From Octopus vulgaris (taxonomy: Eukaryota), in NCBI GenBank assembly GCA_951406725.2, contig OX597821.1, positions 56,420,001-56,484,000 on the forward strand: a DNA stretch of 64,000 bases, written 5' to 3'. Positions 1-12,400 of the stretch are shown here, in pieces (position 1 is the stretch's first letter; every line of letters starts with the position of its first letter). The position numbers and the translations under genes were made by a program. Under the pieces are notes generated by a model. The model was not told the origin of the DNA. It was given only the letters and a program-made list of their open reading frames with translations, and made no database searches.

Positions 1-877
1 AAGGTTAAAACAAATTTTATTTTTCTTTTCAAGTTGAATTACTAATTATTTTGCATAGTTTAGAAATTTCACGTAGCATATGCGAGAGAAAGAGAATTAA
101 TGATTATTAAATTTGATAATTATTATGTGATTCGAAACGTGAATATTAAGTAAAGAACGAGCCTAAGAAAGAAAACTGAATAATTCATCAAGTCTCATGA
201 TATATTTTTATTGCCCTTTTCAGATTACAGGTTAAATGTTGCTTAATGGTAAATGAGAGATGCAATGCGAAATATAGCTGCCTATATTCTCTCTGGGAAA
301 TTTGTTATTAAAATATTTTTATGCAATGAAATATATTCATTATAAAGTTAGCATTATTGTGACTTCTATAAATTTTGAAAATAAAATAAATGATTTTGAA
401 ATACTACGTTTACTGACAAATTTGGAACAACTCGATATACATGCGATTTAATATGAAAATCGATAAATATAATTAATGAGCTTTCTTTATAATTTTTCAA
501 CTCTAACTCGTTTGAAGAAATTACAATTAAAATTCATCCACCCATTTATACTTTCATAAGGAACAAGGATATTATCGAAATCAGTGTAATAAATTTTCAT
601 TTTCCTATTGCTTTTGCATTTGTTATTAAAAATCGAATATTTGGCAATAATAGGAAGCAAGTCTAATGGGAAGTTCTGTTGATTGTTTTTGTACACAATC
701 GAAGGAACAATGGCGGCAATTAGAAAAAATAACACCATTTATATAATAATGCCTTCCATTATTGCAGAGAAAGTTATTAATAGTAGTCCATGTTCATCTA
801 TATTCCCAGTTAGACATCTTTTGCTCAATTTAAAATATCAACACCATTTTTTTATTAGAATGACCCTGTTTTTCATA

Positions 878-1080
878 AATCTTTTGTACTCTAGGGACAA
901 GGCCCGAAATTTTTGGGGAGGGGGCCAGTCGATTAGATCTACCCCAGTACGCAACTGGTACTTAATTTATCAATCCCCGATGAAAGGCAAAGTCGACCTT
1001 GACCTTTACGTTCTAGGTTCAACCCAGAACATAAAGACAGACGAAATACCGCTAAGCATTTCGTCCGGCGTGCTAACGTT
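878..1080 (-). mobile_element. tRNA-derived SINE, family B, with tail type 2
   Basis: Reverse complement matches the family at 24054, 54160 and 62936 (ACGTTAGCACGCCGG...GACTTTGCCTTTCATC...AAGTACCAGTTGCGTACTGGGG). Confidence 0.8.
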
Positions 1081-1239
1081 TTTTTTTCTTGACTTATCTA
1101 TAAAGTATCAGTGAACGAATTCGTGTGACGGCAATGCGAACGTTACTTTCTTGATCCAGATACATAGCCGGAGGAGAGTTGATAGAAAGAGTTCAAATCA
1201 ACCTACTATTTATCAAAACGGTGTTCAGCAGCAACAATA

Positions 1240-1382
1240 ACACGCTGAATATTCCTGAGACCAACGTTAAGGGTACATGTGTCTGTGAGGAGCTCAGCCA
1301 CTTGTACGGTAATTCCACGAGTAAGCTGTTCCGTTGATCGGATCAACTAGCACCCTCGCCGTCGTAATTGACGGATTGGCAG
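1240..1382 (+). mobile_element. 3' fragment of SINE family C
   Basis: CCTGAGACCAACGTTAAGGGTACATGTGTCTGT...CTGTTCCGTTGATCGGATCAACTAGCACCCTCGCCGTCG matches 5672-5790. Confidence 0.7.
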
Positions 1383-1393
1383 TATGTGTAGAT

Positions 1394-1456
<63 letters not shown>

Positions 1457-3568
1457 GGAATGATATCCCAGGTACACTTCCATAGTCAGAAAAGTGATAT
1501 AGCCATAAGATGGCTATATGATATGTACAAGTATTAGTTTTTGAAAGTGATGGAACTCTCCTCTAAAAGATTACATTATGCTCCCTTATCAACGTTCAAT
1601 AAGAGCGAATAAATTCGTCATGAATCGTCTTTGAAGTACCAAACAACGCACCACACCCACCTTTACATAGCCACATATGCTTAACTTATCTGATGACTGC
1701 TATTGTTCAAACATCGATCTAAGTATTTCTGAATTCTAAATATCCAGAAACGAAACCCTCTGCAATTCCCTTTTGACATTTGTCCTGAAACCATTTACAT
1801 AAACATCTGTTGTATCGACCTCATCAATTTGCAATGATTATAGATTCAAGCTTCTCCATAGTATTTATTTACAATAGTTTGGATCGAACAGTTTTTGTGG
1901 TGCTTTTAATTACAGATGTACGCTGATAACAGAAATGCATATTTTACGATTCTAAGCTCAGAAATCTATCAACTAAATTAATGATCTTCGGTTTATTCTT
2001 TAATTATCCACTATAAATATGTAATTTTATATTTCATCCCCAACATTTGTTAGCTTATGTGTCATTCCTTGAATTATAGAGTCCTCTCAATGCGAATTAG
2101 CTGAGATGACTTGCAGCGCTTTCTCTCGTTCTTTATCTTTCCATTACTGTCACATCAAATTTCCTCCAAACTTTGACAGTAAAACGCCAGTTCTTGTCAG
2201 ATACAAATTATTCTCGTTTGCGCTATTCATGATCTCCTAAAATATACTTTATAATTTTAAAAAATCATTAATCGAATATTAACTTATGGATTCGATAATC
2301 TCTTCATGGGATTACATAATGAGAACAAATGATTGAGCCCCTACAAGCATCGTTTTCTGACTTCACAGGATTATCTTACAGCCACTGTTGTGTCTGCCTG
2401 TGAACATATACAATTCATTACAACGAAAATACTAAAGGAAGGTTTGGTTGGGGAAAATGTATTAATGAGGATACTCCTGGAAACTGTATACTATATTAAC
2501 AATACGAACCAAGAAGGATATTACTACGCGGTCACTGGATCTGGTAGAAATACCAACCAGATACCTCTTGAGATACACAATACCATCTTAGAAAACAAAA
2601 GACAAAATGGATATTGTTTCATTAAGGCTGCTTTGGGACAAGACAACAATAATCTTAATTATACTGCAGTGAAATCTGCTTTTAATTAATTCAGAATATA
2701 CAATGTTAATAAGAAATAATCCACCAACACATCATTTCTCTTAAGAAACACATGGGTTTAAGAGGGATAATATTTGATTTAATGCTTTCAGTGGGATTGT
2801 ATTTGTATTTTTGAACATTCAGTTATATGCAATCAATCAAATCGAGATTATATGTAATTCGATACTCAAAACCTCTTTTTTTTTTTTTTTTGGCCTCTTC
2901 GGTGTTGGTTTCCGACTGGAGATAGATGCATGTTATATTCCCAGAAGACGTGGACCCTATTCTCAACAGAAAATTGGACTCAGGCGATGTAGTAAAATGG
3001 TTGTTGTTTAGAAAAACAGTAAACACCAGCACAAGACAACTGAAGATGTATCTAAATAGATATAGAAACAAATCTCTATCACATCAAAACAGACTGAGTT
3101 TTTTTTAAAAAAAACAAAAGAAGGAAAGACACATTTGCAAACGCGGCCTTAGGTGTGCACTGGCTAGAAATAATGACAAGATGTTAATGGGTACATAACA
3201 AATTTCTTTTTTATATATCAGGCATAGGGGTAAATAGCAGCAAAAGCAAAATCTAGCGGCTTATCTGAAGCAATGGTGGATTATCTAATATTTAATTATG
3301 AGATCTCGCCACTGTACACTGATACTTGATAGAATAGTTGTATACATACGTGAAATATATTTGTTCAGACCAATTCTGCCATAGATACGCTCTTGTAACA
3401 TTATAATTAAGTCTAGGATAATTACTAGACGGGATAGATAATGTTCGGAATTAGGTTATTTAAACAATAAACTATTTGTAGATTACACAAGGTAAGGATA
3501 TTGAGATACACACACATATTCACACACACAACACACACACACACAATTTTAGTGGCTGTAAAACATAT

Positions 3569-3787
3569 ACTCTTTTACGTGTTTCAGTCATTTGACGGTG
3601 GCCATGCTGGAGCACCGCCTTTAGTCGAGCAAATTGATCCCAGGACTTATTCTGTGTAAGCCTAGTACTTATTCTATCGGTGTATTTTGCCGAACCGCTA
3701 GGTTACGGCGACGTAAACACAGCAGCATCGGTTGTCAAGCGATGTTGGGAGAACAAACGCAGACACGCAAACGTATATACACACAGA

Positions 3788-3857
<70 letters not shown>

Positions 3858-4002
3858 ACAGGCTTCTTTTAGTTTCCGTCGAACAAATCCACTCACAAGG
3901 CTTTGGTCGGCCCCAGGCTATAGTAGAAGACACTTGCTCAAGGTGCCACGCAGTGAGACTGAACCCTGAAACATGTGGTTCGTAAGAAAGCTGCTTACCA
4001 CA
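3569..4002 (-). mobile_element. tRNA-derived SINE, family A, with internal (CA)n(TA)n
   Basis: Same sequence as copies at 20762, 24571, 25228, 27638, 30394 and 33452. The minus-strand head has a B-box-like GGTTCAGTC followed by CACCTTGAGCAAGTGTCTT. Confidence 0.85.
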
Positions 4003-4231
4003 CGTTGAAGTACATTTTTTTAAAAATTGGAAAATTTCGCCTATACGTGATTAACTTGTTGATAACTTTCCACCCTTATAATTTAAGGTCTCCTTACTTT
4101 TTAATTTTCACTTTTTCGCTTTCTGTTTTTCGTTTTCTGTTTTTAACCTTCTACGTTTTCTATATGCTTCCTTCACGTTTCTCTTCGCGTTTCTTCTCTA
4201 ATTCAATTTTAATTCGTTACGATATGTGATT

Positions 4232-4289
4232 TGTGCCTGATGAATATATTTGAGGCATTTATCAAAATACGAAACTATTTAGTAGCACA
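4232..4289 (+). ncRNA. Type I hammerhead ribozyme motif
   Basis: TGTGC-CTGATGA-stem II (TTTGA/TCAAA)-GAAA-CTATTTAG-TA-GCACA. Stem I TGTGC/GCACA is perfect and the cleavage triplet is GUA. Confidence 0.75.
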
Positions 4290-4615
4290 TTAAAACATGT
4301 ACTGTGTCTATTAAATAATATTATGTGTGTGTGTATATATACATATATATTCACACAGACACAAATAATAAAAGCAGGGTTTCAGAAAACCATTTGCTAG
4401 AAAGAGGAGCTAACACTCCAAAACCACAAATTTTTCACTGTTAATAAATACGCACGGTGAAGGCAACGAATATAGCAAAATAGGGTTATCGTGTATAAAC
4501 TACAGAAGCAAGAAACAGATATCCAGGTATCAACTAATTTCACATTTTGTATCTTCGAACTCAAGGATCGTCAGCCAGGCTCACTGTATTCATTTATTTC
4601 TGAAAATATTCAACT

Positions 4616-4957
4616 CGTGATATATACTTGCCATTTAACTATGGCTAACCCCTAAGGGTGGATGCTGCTGTAGTTCGTAGTCCCAGGAGGACACCTCCTC
4701 CAGCTGGCTTTAGACACACTTTCTGTGCCCTATCAGTATTTGCAAAGGGAAGCCATCCTTCCCGTCTTCAACTTATGATACACACGGACTGAGTTTCTGG
4801 GTATTGACCCGTCAATACCCAGATACCCAGAGACGGATCAATACCCAGATACTCAGAAACTCGAGTCCGCTGGAGGAGGTGTCCTCCTGGGGCTACAAAC
4901 TACAGTAGCAGCCACCCTTAGGGGTTAGCCATATTTAAATGGCAAATATACATCACG
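4616..4957. mobile_element. Fold-back element with ~88-bp inverted arms and conserved hairpins
   Basis: 4616-4703 is the reverse complement of 4869-4957 with a few mismatches. Related to 50908-51141. Confidence 0.75.
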
Positions 4958-5099
4958 ATGTGTTGCAGCTACTGTTTATAACTCGCTCTAAGATTTAATA
5001 TTCAACTCGTTAGACGAGTATGAACATGACTGGTAAATTATCCTATGTCTATTTTATGTTCATGTCTCTGGGATCATGGGATACAATGGCTTTCAAAAA

Positions 5100-5460
5100 C
5101 CAGCAAGTGACTTGCATCTTTTGTTGTAGATACGACATTGATATTCATCGACATGTGTTGCAATCTCGTTCTGAACGGTACATTTATTTTCGCTGCAGCG
5201 TGCCATGTTAGTCCAGATCGATTAGAAAATTCGCTACCACAGTGATCGCAAAGCAGACTAGCTGTTACAATTTGGTTGTATTCAACCTGAGGCCTTCCAG
5301 TGTATTTGCGAAGGTGACTTGTGAAGCCCAGCCTGGAGAGGCAAAACCTACTCCATTCACCAAACTCAAACTGAGGGATGTTGGACCAACAAGTTCTCTT
5401 TTCCTGGCTGATAGCCAAACGACTCTTCATTCTGATTTACGTGCCTGAAACGTCCGATCA
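5100..5460 (-). mobile_element. RTE-clade LINE 3' end remnant
   Basis: ORF 5074..5430 has the C-terminal zinc-finger-like motifs typical of RTE elements: 'SRFCLSRLGFTSHLRK' and 'CDHCGSEFSNRSGLTWH'. Confidence 0.6.
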
Positions 5461-5483
5461 GTTTTAGGTACATGTAGCGTGAA

Positions 5484-5800
5484 AGCGGGAGAATTAGTGG
5501 TTAGGGTATTCGGCTCACGATTGTAAGATCGTGAGTTCGATTCCCAGTGGTGCTTTGTGTCATTAAGTAACAGACTTTATTTCACGTTGCCCCAGTCCAC
5601 TCAGCGGGCAAAAGGAATATTACCTATAATTCAAAGGGCCAGACTTGTTACATTTTGTGTCACGTGGAGACTCCCTGAGAATTACGTTAAGGGTACACGT
5701 GTCTGTAGAGTGTCAGTCTCTTGCACATTAATTTCAGGAGCAGGCTGTTCCACTGATCGGAACAACTAGAACCCTCGTCGTCGAAACCGACTGGGTACCA
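5484..5800 (+). mobile_element. tRNA-derived SINE, family C (near full length)
   Basis: A-box-like TTAGTGGTTAGG and B-box GAGTTCGATTCC (5533-5544). The 3' part recurs at 1240-1382 and, inverted, at 19806-19975. Confidence 0.75.
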
Positions 5801-6255
5801 TGAGATGAAAGGAGGGTCACGATCTGGCATCCACTGTCTTGTCCTACTTATGTGCGATATTTTATTAACTTCCTCGAAACAATCTATAGGATAATATACA
5901 TTTTAGTGGCATTTAATTAATCACTTCTACCTTCGATGTCTTCTTTCCAATAAATGTACTTAGGTAAAGGATGTGTTGATCAGTATTGGATCAGTTCATT
6001 CAGTATTTCGATTCTGACCAAATGGGTTTTCACGATCCAAAATCTAATCCCCCGCACCATCCAGTAAACGAAAGCCGATGATATATCATGCAGCTAAACA
6101 GTTTATTTTGTCTCTGTGTGTTTGCGTATGCATCTTCTTGTGTTTTGAATTATTTGAATTCTTCATCAGAGGAAGGAACTGATTTCAAACAAACATACAA
6201 AATTTCATCGCTAGAATATTGATAACAAAATAAAGTTACATTTTAAACCTTAGAA

Positions 6256-6318
<63 letters not shown>

Positions 6319-6419
6319 CGTGTGTGTGTGTGTTTGTAAAACCAATATTTTTTAACATCATTTAAAAAACCCCAAAGAATAAACAAGATTTTGGAGATTT
6401 GGATGTATTTTATATAGCA

Positions 6420-6610
6420 AAAAGGTAAAGTTACCTTCTCGAGTTATGCACCTGGATGGGACGTCGGTCCGTCGCAGGGTTTCTCATTTTGCTAGCTGAA
6501 TGGATTGGAACAACGCTCAAGGACGGAACGCATCGCCCCATCCAGTGATCGAAAGTACAATCTTACAATCATGAGTCCAGCACCCTAGCCACAAAACCAA
6601 GTGCATCCGC
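6420..6610 (-). mobile_element. Old SINE, family D
   Basis: tRNA-like head at the right end on the minus strand. Core (CGGTCCGTCGCAGGGTTTCTCATTTT...GCTGAATGGATTGG) resembles 41680-41730 and 44998-45048. Confidence 0.5.
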
Positions 6611-7307
6611 ATTATATTTACGTGTTATCTGTGTGTGTGTGTGTGTGTGTCTGTGTGTGTGACTGTCTGTGTGTGTAAGCATATATATGTATACATGTGT
6701 GTGTGTGTGTATATATATATGCATATATATATGTATGTATATGTATTATATGTATGTATGCATATATATGTGTGTGTGTATGTTTGTGTCTGTGTGTGTG
6801 TATCTATCTATCTATCTATCTATCTATATATATATATATCTATCTACCTATCTATCTATCTATCTATCTATATATCTATATATATATCTATCTATATCTA
6901 CAAGGTTTTGTATTCGACTTGTGAATGCAGCGAGGTCATTTTACCTTTATCTCACAAAGAATTCATGCCGTAAGCCAACATAGACCAATCCTATCAGTGA
7001 ACTTTTAAACAGACAGTTTTGATGCGTGATGAATAACAAATGACGTTATAAGCCCGTTAATGTATTCGTAGCATAACGAGTACAATTGAAACCGGTATAT
7101 AGCGGCTTCTTAGTTTACTGAGAACATACAATGAAGCGAAGAAAGACTGAACAAAATTGTGGTTCGTTCAAGCGGGCGAAGGAAATGCCGATTCGGGCGT
7201 CTTTGTAACACGATATAAACAAAAACTGCAAGCACAAAGTCACAAACACACACACAGACACGTGCAAGCGCGTGCGTGCACACACACATATACACACACG
7301 GACGCAC

Positions 7308-7340
<33 letters not shown>

Positions 7341-7537
7341 TGAGCGTATATATTTACATAGACTACTTTGAATCTATACAAATTTGTCAAAATTGTAGGC
7401 TGCCTTGGCACCTAATCCTTTATTGAAAATAGTATAATTAAAAAGTTATAAATGTGTCTATGTACATACGTATATATGTACATACGCACATTCATACATA
7501 TGTGTGCATATGAACATATGTAAATATATACATATAA

Positions 7538-7602
<65 letters not shown>

Positions 7603-8222
7603 TAAGTATATATATATATATACACGTCATGGCACGTATTTCTATGTATGTACGTATGTAACTATAACTATATATACTGACGTCTCCGTTTCAAAAACTA
7701 AAACTTTGAAACAACTCCCAAACTATTATTGCTACATTAGTAAATTACCTGCTAGTAGTGTAGTTGTGTTCGTCTACTTCTTTTCTGAAAGGGCAGTATT
7801 TCGTAATTCGCATTGAGGCTATGTGTTTCAGAAACAATTACTTAAATAGCAACATTGAAGAATCTATAGATTTTTGCTCAGTTAGCCACAGGCACTTTCA
7901 TTTCTATTACCATTTGAAGTTCTCTTAACACCCTCTGGATAATATTGCACGGGATTCCATGACATTCGACACAATTTTTTGTATAACATTGCACAATTTT
8001 TACTTGTTGCGGTTGTATTCATTCGACAAACTGTTCATTTATTTATACTGATGAGGGCCTTGATTGAGTGAATCACTGGTCAAAAAGTTTCCAGCCATGA
8101 CCTTCTCTTTTTTTCCTTACATCACAATATTTAACGTAGTTTTACATATATTCTTATAAAATGTTGGGATATCATTGAGGTCGATGGTGATGAATATATG
8201 TGATATACACATATATGCGTGC

Positions 8223-8259
<37 letters not shown>

Positions 8260-8321
8260 TGCAATGATGATGGATATAAATGAATGTGATATGTGTGTGA
8301 TGGTTGATATATATATATATG

Positions 8322-8387
<66 letters not shown>

Positions 8388-9429
8388 CAGAAATAGCCGT
8401 CGTTGACTGGGTTCAGAAAGAGCCTTCAAAAATTATACCCTGATTTATGAAAGTTACTGCTTCGATATTATTGTATGTTTTGCAGCGGAATATCCGCAAG
8501 CTCTTATTTCCAGGCTTCGGCCCAAAAAGTTATAATGTAGTCTAATATACTATTGAACTCAATACTCGTTTATCCTAATTAAAATAGTGTTCCTAATCAT
8601 GTACATGATAAATCTCTATGCATTCTTATAACTCAAAAGAAAGGAATGCCAGTTTTTGTGTAAAAGCCTTTCTTCCATTAAACAGATATAATTATGGTTG
8701 CATAAAAACTTCTTATTCTTTATTTCAATAATATGATTTATAAATTGAAGCAACCCATCACATAGACTGCAGCTGTTGCATATAGAATGCAAGCAAATAA
8801 AAGCTTGAAGAAAATTATAAAGACATACATATTGCAATGTTTATTCAAGAATCTCAGCAAACACTAAGAATTAATTATGTATTATCATATTAATGCGATA
8901 TCTTCATTATAACTATTTATTATCATTATTTACATTATTTACAATATTTACATTTGATGGATATTTGTCCTCATCTTCTTTCGGCTGATATACCCTCGTA
9001 AATAATGTAAATAATGTACGTAATTCCTCATCTCTTAAATATAGAATTGAACTATTTATGATGCTTAAGAAATTAAGTATGATACCAAGAACGTGGCTGC
9101 ATAAAGATATAAATGGGGTTTTAAAAATAAAGGAAGTAAAGCAATTAGAAATGAAAAAATGAGAAATAATTAAAACTCTGAAACATGACGATATATGAAG
9201 AATTTCACGATAAAAAAAATATATATATAGGTTATAATAGATCTCCAATATGATAATGGAATGATTTTACTAATGGGTTACTCATAGCCTTAAAGATTAT
9301 ACAAGAAAATTCTATTACATGTAAAAAAAAAAAAAACGATATAGAAATGGCTTTTCATATTATCAGGGTTTGACGTTGAAAATCTCATAGTAAATATATT
9401 GAACAATGTACAATTATTAGTTTGTTAAT

Positions 9430-12400
9430 CACTCAGAATAAACTTCCATATAGACAATATTTCGAGTTTTACCATTAAGGACGAATGTGAAAAGGTTTTT
9501 CTTACTTCCTACTCTAGAAATACCGACATATAGCTGTCCATGTGAAAAACAATCCTCTTCTAAATGCAAACCAGCTACTGATGTTGTAGCTAATTGACAG
9601 ATATTGCAAAAGACAAACGTTTGGAAAAAAATAAAATCGTTTGAACTCAAAGGGTATGTTGGAAGGTATTAAAGGAATTTGAGGGATAACATCATCTTCG
9701 CCTTTTCCACAGCCAGAAATTATTGTGGCCTCTAAAATATTGCTCATTAATTTCTTGACAACGAATCTTGTGCCATTGCATAACTTTAGTTGTGAGAGAT
9801 TGCCCAGAAGCATGACCGGAGCACCTACTTTCAATCGAAGACAATGACGAGGAGCACCTTTTAGCTCAAGGGAATTCAAAAATTCAACTGGATAATTGAC
9901 TAATTCTGATTCATCTAAGACAGAATCTATGGATTTATAATTATGCTCAATTGCTGGCAACATTTTCACAAGTCAACCAGTCAAACTATTCACTGCAATA
10001 TTTTTTGGTGCTATAATTGCCCTTTCATACAACCAAGCAGGATTTTTAATATTTAAATTAATTTGGGAAAAACCTTTTCAATTAGTTCTTCCACCGAGTT
10101 AAGCAAGGTGGATATTTCTGATAAATTTAATTCACCTTTTTCATTCATATTCAATCTTACTTCTCCAAGTTGCAATGGGGTATTAGCATATTAACCAATC
10201 AGAAGATTCCTATGTAAATGTGCCTTCATATTTGTAGAAAGTTTTAAACGTTGGGCATGCTTCCTCAGTACATAGGATTTCAAGCATGCTTTCATTTCAT
10301 CTGCCTTAGTTCACATGGGAATAATTGGCAATCACCTGAAAGCAATACAGTCACACCTCCCATCAAACAGTTTGAATTACGCAAATCCTGCAGCGTTCTA
10401 TTAACAGCTTCTAGAGCTTTGTTATGAGACATTGTAACTCTGTTCCTCACGATCAAAGAACATTTTTGTAGAGCTTCAGCAATACCAGAATGCTTACTTA
10501 TATTGCAAAAATGTTTTTCATATGTATTCAGATTAGATGGAAACTTGAATGATGCGTAAGCTATTCGACCTCCATCCAGGGAGTGAAGTTGCAGCAATTC
10601 CAGAACTCGCCACAGCTAAGGCTATTTCCTTTCACTGCCTAACTTTGGCCCGTAATAAATTTGTGTCAAAAGTTTTCCTAGTTCCTCCTGGTGCGTCTAA
10701 AAATATAATCCTCCTTTCTTATTGGTCACTTGTTCAACGACATGTATATGCCACTTGGTCTCGCAAAAGTTTCGGCACGTTTTCATTAGTGAATCTGGTC
10801 AGAGAATAGATATCATATAAAGTTTCTCGCAAAACATCTGAGTTATTCACTACAATTCGTTGAGTTTCAGGTAACCTAAATTTGCAGAGCTCCTCCCCTC
10901 CCATGGCGATCACGTGGTCTTCAAAAACAATCAACGCAGAGTTACATTTGTCTTCGCTAAATGCTATTTCTCTCCCAGGGAATCTTAGCTGTTGCTGATA
11001 TTTATAGTCCTCAGATAAATCATCCTTATATTTTTACCACAATATTAATGGATGACTTACTTCACAAGTTTTGAGAATTATTGCTAAAAGGACTCTTAGA
11101 GAAACAGGTGTGTGTGACATTGAAGTCTCAGCCATAGTTCTTTCCCAGTGATTGTCATCTAATAAATTTAAGGCCAAACAGGGTTCCCTGTAAGTGTCAA
11201 AAGTTTGCCTATCAATAGTTCTTAGAAAGCAAAATGAAGTCGGTCCTCTTATTTCATGAAGAAGGAGTCTCAAAAAGAAATATTTGCGGTGACTTGGATG
11301 CACAGAGTAAACTCTTCCTTTTATGAAGCCAAATTTTACACCTGGATGACCCTCAACATCAGTTTCTCGTTTTATCCTGTACCATGTGTTATTACTCCAT
11401 GTGTAATAAGATGGACCCTGATTATAGATAAGAGTTATTGCAAAATTATCTCGTTCACACAATTTTAGAAATGCAGTAAGAGTTGTGCATTTTGGATTTA
11501 GAGCGACTTGGGCAGCATTTTTGCTTGTGGAATAAACCCTCCGACCATTTTCAAGATGAACTGCAAGCAGTTGGATTGCAGGATGCCTTTCATGAACAGA
11601 AAACCCCAAAAGACGCCAAAGTGTTTCATTGGTGCCGATATATCTACCAAATTCATACTGGGTAACTTCATCTCTAACATTTTTTTCTTGTAAGGAAAAC
11701 ATGGCTGTTTTAGATCTCCTATTTATGTATTTGCAAACGTATGTAATAAATTTCACAGAATTGCAAAATTCAACATTTATGTGAGCATTGAATGTCTTTG
11801 AAAGCAAGGGAGAGTAAGGTACAATCCACCTGTTGTCAACCTCATGTCTGCCAACCATAGTTTCAAAGCCACCATCTTCAAGCAATCTTCTCCTATAAGA
11901 GGGATAACCATCCTCACTGAACTGAGTTTGAGGTAAAAAATTTTTAGGATATCGTTTTGTACATTGGCCATCAACTATGCTTGGTGATTTTCGATTGATA
12001 TCACCACACGGCCCATGCACCATGTGGCTCTTTACTATTTCAAATAAAGATGGATCAGTTTGTAGATCAGGTAACTCAGCTGATATAATAGAATCAATTT
12101 AATTGGAGTTGCTTTTTCTGGTAAGCCGCAGTAATATATGCGCATGAGGCAAGCCTCTCTTTCGCCACTCAATTGTGTGCATGTAGCACTGTAATAGACC
12201 AAAGATTTGTGATTTGTTTATCAAATCCATCAGTTTGATAATCTTCAAGCGAAACACTCTGGCCACTATATCTTGTTGATTGATGTATATTTACCCACTT
12301 TGTATTCGAAGTGAATGTGATAAAAAGGTATGGTTTTCCACAATTTTGAACATAAATTATTGCATCTTGGGTCTTTTCATTCATACATCGTGGACTACCT

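Noticed and set aside
5484-5560. tRNA-like sequence with A and B boxes (also the heads of SINE families A and B)
   Set aside because: No complete cloverleaf; each continues into a repeated SINE body.
8048-8110. CTGATGAG motif
   Set aside because: No correctly placed GAAA or stems. It appears to belong to an old repeat also seen near 28740, 60330 and 60900.
6635-8443. Many ORFs rich in YI/CV/HT dipeptides here and throughout the window
   Set aside because: They are translations of (TA)n, (TG)n and (CA)n microsatellites, not genes.
8486-8498. GCGGA-ATA-TCCGC hairpin as the 3' end of the large Helitron
   Set aside because: No CTRR terminus at the expected distance.
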